Positions 12,591-24,262 of a stretch of DNA of 64,000 nucleotides are shown piece by piece; position 1 is the first letter of the stretch, and the number at the start of each line of letters is the position of its first letter. Source of the DNA: Mobula hypostoma (Eukaryota); NCBI RefSeq assembly GCF_963921235.1, contig NC_086118.1, positions 17,982,001 to 18,046,000 on the forward strand, given 5' to 3'. The position numbers and the translations under genes were made by a program. The notes under the pieces are model-generated. The model did not search any database, was not told the origin of the DNA, and saw only the letters and a list, made by a program, of their open reading frames with translations.

Positions 12591-13570
12591 CATTTTATTT
12601 TTGTTATTTTTCCTCTGAAACAGAATAACATCTTCTTAACTGTAATAGTAAATTGTATGTTTTGTAAAATTGATTTATGTATTTCTTCTACTGGATGATA
12701 AAGAAATCAGTCTTTTATCCTAGCAAGGCAATAAAGTATCTGTCACCATCTTGTTTAATCTGATAAAAAGCCATTGACCTGAAACATTACTTTTGTTTGT
12801 CATACCTGATCTGCTTGAGTGCCCAATATTCTTTGTTTTTGTTTCTGATTTCCTGCATCTGTGGTATTTTGCTTTTGGATCTTGCTTGATGTTGTTTTTG
12901 CATAATCAACTGATTTAAAGTTCTAACTGATCCCATTAACGTTTCATGTGGAAGGACTGATAGCATAATCTTAAATAGTCATGAGAAAAGATTAGTGCTG
13001 TTTGTAAACTATTTAGAATGAGGAAGAATGAAATAGGATTGAACCATTTCTCTGTGGAGTAAGAGTTCAGAATTGACCAACCAAAAATAATTTGAAATCT
13101 GTGGTTAAGATAATATAATATCATTCTACCCAAATTTCATGCAAATAATTTGTCTAATTTGCAATTCCACAGCATTTCTCATTTGTCACCAAATATTCAT
13201 GTGTTGTCCCAATATTCATGTAACAATATTGCTTGAAAAGAATTTCCGATACATTAAACTAGGTCAATTATACAAGCATTGTCACAAACTTGCATGCTAA
13301 CCATTTGATTTGCTTGATCTTGATACAATCAGCAGCCATTAGGCACACTGGGACTTCAGCGTTTTCACAGTTTACAAGCAGTTCGGGTTTGGGTTACCAC
13401 TAGAGGGTTTCATTGCACTGTACTTTTACGACTTATATTATGTAAAATTCAGGCCAAAATTCCAGACTTTAAAGCAACCCATTTCAGATTGATAATAATT
13501 GGACTCTATTAGTGCTTCAATACAAAGTAAAAATCCATTCTGTTTTATCTGTAACCTCATTTTCTTCCAG

Positions 13571-13996
13571 AATAATCTGACTGAGTTGAAGTCGTTTGGT
13601 TCTCCCCCCTCTGCAGTGACTAATGTCACAGCTGCTGTTCTGGTTCTTACAGCAGTCAAAGGCAAGATACCCAAAGACCGTAGCTGGAAGGCAGCAAAGG
13701 TGATGATGGCAAAGGTGGATGCTTTTCTTGAGTCTCTGATCACCTTCAATAAAGAAAACATCCATGAGAGCTGCCTTAAAGCTATTCAGCCATACTTGCA
13801 TGATCCTGAATTCAACCCAGAATTTATTGCATCCAAATCCCTAGCCGCTGCTGGTCTTTGCTCCTGGGTTATCAACATTGTGAAGTTTTATGAGGTCTAT
13901 TGTGATGTGGAGCCTAAACGTCAAGCCTTAAATAAAGCCAATGCAGAATTAGCTGCTGCCCAGGAGAAGCTGACAGTCATAAAAGCCAAGATAAAT
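13571..13996 (+). CDS. DNAH9: DNAH9-like exon, microtubule-binding domain and start of CC2 ([13 protein letters not shown]...KDRSWKAAK...[10 protein letters not shown]...AKIN)
   Basis: Acceptor tttcttccag|, donor |gtaagt; 426 nt, in frame with the previous exon. Confidence 0.94.
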
Positions 13997-16900
13997 GTAA
14001 GTATGGCATGGTTTACATTTATCATAGTACTTTATACAATGTTACTGACAGATATAGACATCAGGGTACTTAATTTGTGTAGAAGTTTCATATAAAAGCT
14101 ATATAAAACAAATTATGTTCTAAAGATTAATGTTCTGTTGAAGATCTCTCCACCTTACATTGATTGTGCCAACATTCAGAATGATCACATTTTGTACGTT
14201 TGGGATAGCATACTAGAAATTTCTGCCAGAGGATGGACAGGCTGCACTTACTGCTGCCTGTATTTTATTGCTACCTGTGCTGGTATTCACCTGCATTTTG
14301 TGTTACTGGCACTTGCTACCGCCTATGCAGTTTTGAAGGTGATTTCAGATCCGAGCTTATTGCCAAGCCATTCCAATCCTAAATAGCATAGCTCAGTGCA
14401 ACAGTGACGTTTTCTGCAATGTAACGCCATCAAATGGAGCCAAGAACAAACATTGCCCATGAAACAACCTTTGGGTCTCAGCCTGCTCTTGAACTTGTTG
14501 AGTGCTCTGCCTGTCTGAATATTCCTGATATTTGATTATCATTAACACTTGAATATCTCTGACTTTCATTGCATTCAATATCTGTTTGAAAACAATTACA
14601 TTTTGACAAATTCAAATAAAGGCAAGATTATATAAATGCACTTAAAACATTTCAATAAGTTTTAAATTTGTAAATTAGCTAATTGTTGCCCTTGTTTCTT
14701 GCTGTCAATTCCTCCCCCTCCCCCAATGAAACAAGTATACTGTTTGTAGTTCTGCCAATTTTAACAGAGGAAGTTCAGATAGCAAATGCCACTCTCTGGG
14801 GAATAACTGCAAGTTTGGAATACAATATCAGGTGGTTGTCAGGTCATTGCTAGCTACAACTGCTCAAAAAGTTCAGGACGTTTGCATTCATTAGAATCCC
14901 AAACCTGTTGAAATGTTGAGAAATACCTGCTTGTACTTTGCAAGAAGTTCTGGCCCACTGTTTTTAAATGAAAATCTTTTATAATACATTACTCCGTGAA
15001 ACACATGAAAAGTGTTAAGTACTTAAATCATCTCACAAATTGCACTATTGTTCATACTATCAAGCACTATTGTTCATACTATCAACTTATGACATGATTA
15101 ATTAATGCACTACCAAGAAAGGCCATTCTGCCCTTCATGTGTTTAGCTGCTGTTAATTCTTCCTCTCATTATATTGGGAAAAGGAAATGACACAGAGCAA
15201 GGTAAAGGGCTGAAAGTGATATTAAAATTAGTTCAGCTATTCGATTTAAAGTGTAATTGAACAAAGTAATAAAGTTTGTATGAGGGATATTTGACAAGGC
15301 GAGGATGAGTTTCTATGAACTGCAACAGAGATTTCCTGGTGGTGGCTGATGGAGTAACAGTAATCTGCCGTTGCTCCAATTTTAATGATCTTACTATTTC
15401 CAATCTGTCTTGAAACTTCTTTTTTTTAAGTATGATATTCTTTCATTATGGCTGAAAGGAGTGCCAGAGGTACTAAACAGGATGATTTTCCTGCCTGTTT
15501 GGATTCTATTTTATGGAATTGCTACAAAGTCATACGCGAGAAGCCTCTGAGAAGTTTCAATAATTCAGTTCTGAATTTAAAAAAATAGATGGTAAATTGG
15601 ACTCTATTCAACAAACTCTCTGAATGAACATGGTAAACATATCAAGAATAATGAGGAAAATTTATTGGCTCTGGAAACAGAAGTGGATGAATTGCAGGAG
15701 CTTTGTGAAAAACAATCGAAGTCCTAAGAAAAGTTAAGACAGAAGATTATCGACCTAGAAAATAGAAGTAGAAGGAACAACTTACAGGTTCTGTGTCTCG
15801 AAGAATTAATCAAAGGTAACCATCCTATGGAGTTTTTTGCAAACTTTTTGCAAGAATTATTTCCAGAGATTTTGACGTCTGTGCCTATGATCGAACAAGT
15901 TCACAGATCTCCTGCATTTAGGTCTCCTAATGCTCAGAAACCACGATCAGTAATAATCTGCTTTCATGAATTTAAAACAAAGGAACTCTTAGTTCATGAA
16001 TCTCGTCAAAGAGGCTTGATTGACTACAATGGTCACAAGATTAGAATTGTTGAAGATTATACACCTGAGGTTATGCAGGAGCATGTTAAATTCAAAGAAG
16101 TTATGTCGAAGTTTCAAGCCTTCCCTTCGCTACCCAGTCCGACTCAGAATTACACTTAAAAACGGTTCTTTCGAATGGTTCCACTTGACTATTGAAGCAC
16201 GGAAGTTTTTAAAATCCGGAGGTTAAATCCCAAGGCTAACTGTTTAATTTCTCCTTACATGAAGACATAAGATTAAATGAGAAACTTTTAATTGGCAAAT
16301 GCTGTCGAAGGAGCATGTCTGGTTATAGGATGGAATATTAAGATTCTCGAAGGTTATTCGCTTGAGGTTATGCAGGAGTGTGTTAAGTTTAAACAAACTC
16401 TGTTGGAATTTTTTTTTTGACAAGGGTTTTAACCCGTCCGTTGGCTACCCAGTTTGACTGAGAATCTAATTAAAGATGGATCTTTCGAATGACTTCATTT
16501 GAATGTTGAAGCACAAAGATTTTTTAAAATTTGAAAACTAATTGCTTAGTCTGTTTTTTCCATGAAAATATAAGATTAATGTTCAATGTCTATCTGTATG
16601 AATAATTGTACCTTTTACTTTTGGTAAACCTTTGTAACTAATTTTCTTTCGTATTTTGTAATACTGTATTTTTGATATACGAGAGCTGAATCTCTTGTTT
16701 GGGTTTTGTTTAGTCTAGGTTGGAATATAAATATCCTTGAAACTAATTGGAGCAATCACCGGGTTTTTTGGGGGGTCGTTAGTAGTTCGTAGATGTCGAC
16801 TTTCTATTGGTCGTGTATCTTTCTTTGGGAGGTGGGTGGGGTTATGTTTTTTTTCCTAGAAGCTGTTTTCGAATTTTTAGCCAACTTGTTGCTTGGTTAC

Positions 16901-17810
16901 CATTTCTCAATGCTTATGGTTTGGTTTTTAACTTACATTTTAATCCTTCCTTTAAATAATATTAAAAATGGACCAAACTATTAATTTACTTAGTTTTAAT
17001 GTGAAAGGGCTAAATCACCCTGTTAAATGTAATAAGATTTTTGCTTATATTAAGAAATTTAAGGTCCCTATTATTTTTTTACATGAAATTCACATACACA
17101 AATGTGATAATCTATGGTTTTTTAGCTGTTGGAATGGACTTTGTTTTCACTCTTCTTTTCAGGCCAGATTGAGAGGAGTTTTGATTCCTATAGATAATGC
17201 ACTTTCCTTTGTCCAACATAAAGTGCTATCTGATACTAATGGATGTTTTGTTATAGTCTCAGGAAAACTAGATAATAAGTTAATAGTATTTGCCAATGTG
17301 AATGCCCCAAATGTAGACGACCCAGGATTCTTTGAACATTTTTTCTCTTTTTTTTTACCAGACCTAAATCTTTATTCTGCCAGAGGAGATTTTAACTGTT
17401 GGCTAGACCCGATCTTAGACCGATCATCTTCTAAACCAGCGTCTCTTAATAAATCAGCTTTGTTTATTCAATCCTTTTTATTGGAAGTGTGGTATAATTG
17501 ATGTTTGGCATTTCTTATATCCCTTAGATAGGGAATATTCATTTTTTCCCATGTTCATCACAGATATTCCAGGATTGATTATTTTTTTATCAATAGTCAA
17601 ATGATCTCATCAGTTCGTTCCTGTGAATATAAAGAGATTGCTGTTTCAGACCATGCTCCTCTAATTTTATCTTTAAAAATCCTTGGTCTTCTTCAAACCA
17701 ACAGATTCTGGCGTTTTAATACAACTTTGTTATCTGATAAGGAATTTTTAAAATTTCTAGAGAAGCATATTATTTTGGTTTTTGAAGAGAATAAAAAGGA
17801 AGAGACTTCT

Positions 17811-20413
17811 TTTTTTTAAATCTTTTTATTAAATAAGTATACAAAAAGGTAAGCCATATAGACACTAATACACTGTTAGAATATAATAAAATTACAGAAG
17901 ATATTAATACAAAAAAAATACTACAAACAATGTAATTTAAACATAACATACCAAGGTAACATAATAGTATACTAATTTTATATATATATATATCAATAGA
18001 GAAAAGGAAAAAAAAACAAAAAAAAACCCCACCGTGCAACTAACTAAAAGCAAAGCAAAGCAATGGGGTAACTTGAAACCAAACAGAGTTAAACTTAAAA
18101 TCACGTCCTCAATCCCGACCTCCATTAAAAACAGTAAAAAAAACAAGAAGGGTATATATTACATTAAATGAAAATATTGAATAAAAGATCTCCAAGTCTG
18201 TTCAAATTTAAATGAGGAGTCATAAAGATTGCTTCTAATTTTCTCCAGATTCAAGCATAATATCGTCTGAGAAAACCAAAAAAAGGTAGTTGGAGCATTA
18301 AGCTCTTTCCAATGTTGTAAGATACATCTTTTCGCCATTAAAGTAAGAAATGCAATCATTCTACGGGCTGAAGGGGAGAGATTACTGGAAATTTTAGGTA
18401 GTCCAAAGATAGCAGTAATAGGGTGAGGAGAGATATCTATATTCAATACCTTAGAGATAATATTAAAAATGTCTCTCCAAAAAGTTTCCAAAGTAGGGCA
18501 AGACCAAAACATATGAGTTAAAGAGGCTATCTGCCCCGGACATCTATCACAAAAAGGATTAATATGAGAATAAAAGCGCGCTAACTTAGCTTTGGACATA
18601 TGTGCTCTATGAACAACTTTAAATTGAATTAGGGAATGTTTAGCACAGATAGCGGAAGTATTGACTAATTGTAAAATCTGCCCCCAGTCATCCACGGAAA
18701 TGGTAAACCCCAATTCCTGTTCCCAATCTACCCTAATCTTATCAAATGGAGCTTTCCTAAGTTTCATAATAATATTATAAATCATAGCCGATGCACCTTT
18801 CTGACATGGATTACGGTTGATTATAGTATCTAAAATGTATGTAGGAGGAAGCATTGGAAAGGAAGAAAGTATAGTACTTAGGAAATTTCTAACTTGTAGA
18901 TATCTAAAAAAATGTATTCTTGATAAGTTATATTTATTAGATAATTGTTCAAAAGACATAAGGGAACCATCTAAAAATAAATCCAAAAACCGTGAAATAC
19001 CCTTAGTCTTCCAAGTTTGAAAAGCACGATCCGTAAAAGAGGGAGAAAAAATATGTTACCTAAAATAGGAATCGCTAACCCAAATTGATTAAGATCAAAA
19101 AATTTTCTGAATTGAAACCAAATACGCAAGGTATATTTAACTATTGGGTTAGACACATGTTTAAGGCGTTTCCAATCAAAAGGAAGAGAAGAACCTAAAA
19201 TAGAGCCAGTGTAAAACCCTGAACAGATTGTAATTCCAATACTACCCATTTAGGAATGGATACTATATCCTGGTCCAGTAACCAGAATTTCATATGTCGA
19301 ATATTAATTGCCCAATAATAAAATCTAAAGTTAGGTAATGCTAAGCCTCCATCTCTCTTAGCTTTCTGTAAATGTATTTTACCCAGTCTCGGGTTTTTAT
19401 TCTGCCAAATAAATGAAGAAATTTTAGAGTCAACTTTGTCAAAAAAAGATTTTGGAACAAAGATTGGTAATGCCTGAAATATATATAAAAATTTTGGCAA
19501 AAAAAACATCTTAACTGCATTAATACGACCAATCAAAGTTAAATATAAAGGAAACCATTTAGATGAAAGTTGAGTAATATGGTCTATTAATGGTAAAAAA
19601 TTAGTCTTAAATAAATCTTTGTATTTACAAGTAATTTTAATCCCAAGATATGAAAAATAATTATTAATCAATTTAAATAGAAATTTATAATATAAGGGAA
19701 GTTGTTTATTAATCGGAAAGAGTTCACTCTTACTAAGATTTAATTTATAACCTGAAAAAAGACCAAATTGTGCTAATAACTCTAAAACAGCCAGGATGGA
19801 TTTTTGAGGATTAGAAATATATAAAAGTAAATCATCAGCATAGAGTGATAATTTATGGGACTTTAAGCCCCGAGTTATCCCAGTAATATTTGGAGATTCT
19901 CGAATGGCAATTGCAAGAGGTTCTAATGCAATATCAAATAATAAGGGACTAAGAGGACAACCTTGTCGAGTACCTCGAAAAAGAGGGAAAAAAGGTGAAC
20001 TTAAAGAGTTAGTACGGACCGAGGCCACAGGAGAATAATATAAGAGTTTAATCCAGGATATAAATTTCGAGCTAAAATTAAACATTTCAAGCACCTTAAA
20101 TAAATAAGGCCATTCTACTCTATCAAAAGCTTTCTCGGCTTCTAAAGAGATAACACATTCAGGAACATTTTGTGAGGGAGTATAAACGATATTTAACAGT
20201 GTACAAATATTATAAAAAGAGTAACGACCTTTAATAAAACCCGTTTGGTCTTCCGAAATAATAGAGGGAAGTACTTTTTCTAATCTATTTGCTAATAACT
20301 TAGAAAAAACTTTAGAATCAACATTTAATAAAGATATTGGTCTATAAGATGCACATTGAGCAGGATCTTTATCCTTCTTTAATATTAAAGAAATTGACGC
20401 TCTATTAAAAGAT
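17811..20413 (-). mobile_element. 5'-truncated younger L1 inserted antisense into ORF2 of the host L1
   Basis: 19-bp TSD TAAAAAGGAAGAGACTTCT (17792-17810, 20414-20432); poly(T) at left end; long ORF2 pieces 19195-20094 (RT, YADD) and 18159-18986 (CCHC). Confidence 0.93.
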
Positions 20414-21485
20414 TAAAAAGGAAGAGACTTCTAATCTTATTGTATGGGATACTTTCAAGGCCTATATTAGAGGACAAATTATTTCTTATACTGTGAGTGT
20501 TAATAATAAAGCTAATAAAGAAAGAATTGAATTAGCCAATCAATAAAACAATTAGATCAAAAATATGCTATAGCTCCAGATCCTGTTTTATATAAAAGAC
20601 GTGTTGAAGTTAAAACTAAATATGATCTTCTGTTAACATATCCAATTGAAACTCAACTTCTTAAAGATAAAACTCAATTTTACATTCAGGGAGATAAATC
20701 AGGGAAAATATTGGCCTACCAATTAAAAACTTCTGTAGTTAAATGACAAATTAAAGAAATTTGCAAAACTAATGGTGATAGGACAAATAATTACTCTGAA
20801 ATAAATGATACCTTTAGAGAATTCTATTCTAAACTTTATAGTCCTGACTCCCCTAAAGATAATACTGTAATGAACATTTTTTTAGATAAATTAAATATCC
20901 TTGCACTTCCTGCAGATAATTGCAAACAGATGGACCAACCCATTTCTTATGAGGAAATAGCCGAGGCTATACGTTCATTACACTCAAGGAAGGCTCTGGG
21001 TCCAGATGGATTTTCTGGAGCATTTTATAAGGCTTTTTCTTCATTAATTATACCGCAGTTACAATTAGTCTTTTTGGATTCTTTCAAATTGGGTAGTTTG
21101 CCTCAATCTTTTTATGAAGCTGCTACTTCGCTTATCCTAAAAAAGAATAAGGACCCAACTGAATGCTCTTCATATAGGCCAATTACATTACTTAATATAG
21201 ATACTAAAATTCTTTCTAAAGTTCTGGCTCGTAGGATTGAAAATATTTTACCTTCTATTATTTCTGATGATCAGACTGGATTTCTTAAAAACCGACATTC
21301 CCATTTAAATTATACGCTGTGTATTAAATGTTATTTACTCTGCTTCTCAGGAGATATTGGAATATGTGATATCCTTAGATGCTAAAAAGGCCTTCGATCT
21401 GGTTGAATGGGATGATTTATTTAATATCTTAGAAAAATTTAATTTTGGACCAGATTTTATTCAATGGATTAAATTACTTTATTTA

Positions 21486-21875
21486 AAGGGGATCTGATTG
21501 AAACATTTCAGATTATTAAGGGATTGGACACGCTAGAGGCAGGAAACATGTTCCCGATGTTGGGGTAGTCCAGAACCAGAGGCCACAGTTTAATAATAAG
21601 AGGTAGACCATTTAGAATGGAGTTGAGGAAAAACTTCTGCACACAGAGGGTTGGGGTTCTGTGGAATGCTCTGCCTCAGAAGCAGTGGAGGCCAATTCTC
21701 TGGATTCTTTCAAGAAAGAGTTAGATAGAGCTCTTAAAGATAGCGGAGTCAAGGGATATGGGAAGAAGGCAGGAAAAGGGTACTGATTGTGGATGATCAG
21801 CCATGATCATGGTGAATGGCGGTGCTGGCTCCAAGGGCTGAATGGCCTACTCCTGCACCTATTGTCTATTGTCTA
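21486..21875 (+). mobile_element. CR1 3' fragment with (ATTGTCT)n tail inserted in the L1 RT region
   Basis: GDLIETFQIIKGLD and F.TQRV...WNALP motifs; the L1 frame KLLYL|SPSA resumes after it. Confidence 0.85.
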
Positions 21876-24142
21876 TTATCTCCTTCTGCTTGAGTTCTTA
21901 CTAATTTTCAAAATTCCAAACCATTTAAACTTCACCGCGGAACTAGACAAGGTTGTCTGTTGAGTCCTTTGCTTTTTGACTTAGCTTTAGAACACCTTGC
22001 TTTTCGAGAATCTAATGATATTTGTGGTATTTCAAGGAGAGGTATCACTCACAAAATCTCGCTTTGCGCTGATGATATATTGCTTTTTATCTCTAATGTT
22101 GAGATTTCGTTACCTTGTGTACTTTCCTTACCCTCCCATTTTAGCCAGTTTCAGGATATAAATTGAATCTAAGTAAGAGTGAATTATTTCCTTTAAATTA
22201 TTTGGTATCAATTAATACTAATCTTCCTTTTAAAATTGTAGGGAATCAATTTACTTATTTGGGGGTAACAATCACTAAGATTTACAAATGCCTGTTCAAA
22301 GAAAACTTTTTTACTTTATTGAACCATGTAAAAAAGATATTATAAAATTGGTCATCTCTTTCAATATCATTTATCGGACGAATTAATTCTATTAGAATGA
22401 ATATTCTACCTAAATTTATATATCTTTTTTAGGCTTTACCTGTTTTTATTCCTAAATCCTTTTTTGACTCTCTTGAATCTAATTTATCCTCCCATATATG
22501 GAAAAATAAACTTCCTTGTTTAAATGAAGTTCATCTTCAAAAACCTAAAAAGTCTGGAGGTTTAGCCTTACCTAATTTTAGGTTTTATTACTGGGCAGTT
22601 AATATACGATATCTTTCGTTTTGGATATATTAATCGTGTAGACTGTCTGGTATGGGTTTCTTTAGGAGCTAATTCTGTTAATATGTTTTCTATTATTTCT
22701 CTTCTTGGATCCTCACTTCCTTTATTTGTAAGTAAACAAACTGATAATTTAATAGTTAAACATACTTCGAGGATCGGGATACAATTTAGAAAACATTTTG
22801 GTTCATTGAGGTTTTCCCTTTCTAGTCCCATTTATTCTAATTTCTTAAACCCTTCATGACTGATTTAGTTTTTAAACAATGGGACAGGTTGGGTATTAAA
22901 TGGTTTTGGGATCTGTTTGTTGGAGGAAATCTTTATTCATTTGAGCAATTGTCAGCTAAATATAGCTTACCCAAAATTCACTTTTTTAGTTATCTACAAA
23001 TTAGAGACTTTCTAAGATCTCAATAATGCACATTTCCTATAAGATCAGATAAGAACTTACTAGATGTAATTTCTAATTTGACGGCTTTTTATAATGGTTC
23101 AATATCTAATATTGTTCCTGGAGACGAGGAATGTTCCTTTCGACAAAATTAAGAATCTCTGGGAGCAAGACTTACAGACATCAATATCTGAGGAAACTTG
23201 GAATGAAATTTTTAAACTGGTTAATACATCATTGCTATGTGCTCACCATTCCTTCATACAATTTAAGGTGGTACATAAAGTCGATATGACTAAAGATAAG
23301 CTATCTCATTTTTATTCGGATATATCTCCCTACTGTGACAGATGCAATAATGGAGAAACTTCATTAATTCATATGTTTTGGACTTGTCCATGTCTTGAAA
23401 AATATTGGAAGGAAGTTTTTCAAATTTTTTCTTTATTTTTCAAAGTCAATTTTAAGCCTAATTCTCAGACGGTTCTATTCGGTATTGTTGCTGGACAAGA
23501 TATCAAGTTGAAGATATCAGATTTATGTATTTTGGCCTTTAGCTCTCTTATAGCTAGGAGGGCGCTTTTGTTTAAATGGAAAGATGTTTCTCCTCCTACT
23601 CATGCTCAATGGTTATGTGATATTATGTCATGCTTAGATTTAGAGAAAATTCATTGTTCAATTTCTGAATCTCGTCAAGACTTTCAAACATTGTGGGGAC
23701 CCTTTCTGAATTATTTTCAAAACTTTCAAAACCCTGAATTCATTGTTTAAATTTAGATGTTGGCTATTATTAATTTTTATTATACGAGAAAGTATTTAAC
23801 CTTTTTTTCTCCTTAATAAACAGCTTTGGTCTTGGTAGGGGTTAGATTTTTTTTGTAATAAATTAGTATATTTTAATATAACTTTAACTAACCTACATGA
23901 ATACTGGGTAATGAGATGGTTATTATGAATAGATATAATGTAATTTGTAGTTGTTTTTTTCGACCTTTTTTATACTTTTTTGTACTCTGTATTCTTTTGT
24001 GTAGAAACTAATAAGAATATTGAAAGAGAACTGCAACAGAAAATTGAGGAAATAAATAATAAGCAGCATTTTTACCAATGCTAAATTCGGGTTTTGTAGT
24101 GATCTAATATTGATCGATATCTATTTTCTTGTTCTTTACTAG

Positions 24143-24262
24143 CAACTAAATGAAAATCTAGCCAAACTAACAGCAAAATTTGAACAGGCCACTTCAGATA
24201 AGCTGAAATGTCAGCAGGAGGCTGAACTGACTGCGCGGACCATCGGCCTGGCTAATCGACTG
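24143..24262 (+). CDS. DNAH9: DNAH9-like exon (QLNENLAKLTAKFEQATSDKLKCQQEAELTARTIGLANRL), not in the ORF track
   Basis: Acceptor ttctttactag|, donor |gtgagg; 120 nt; hand translation continues the dynein stalk. Confidence 0.92.

Larger units (their letters stand above)
15330..24027 (+). mobile_element. Full-length but decayed L1 LINE (ORF1 ~15448-16226; ORF2 from 16968 to ~23750) with two nested insertions
   Basis: 13-bp TSD GAACTGCAACAGA (15317-15329, 24028-24040); ORF1 DLENRSRRNNL and HRS motifs; APE (NVKGLN, GDFN, SDH), RT (GPDGF, SYRPI.LLN.D.K, GTRQGC.LSPLLF, ADD) and CCHC knuckle (CDRC...HMFWTC); many stops and frameshifts. Confidence 0.93.

Noticed and set aside
15042..15085. 22-bp tandem duplication (also a 14-bp one near 28576)
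   Set aside because: Ordinary slippage duplications with no further structure
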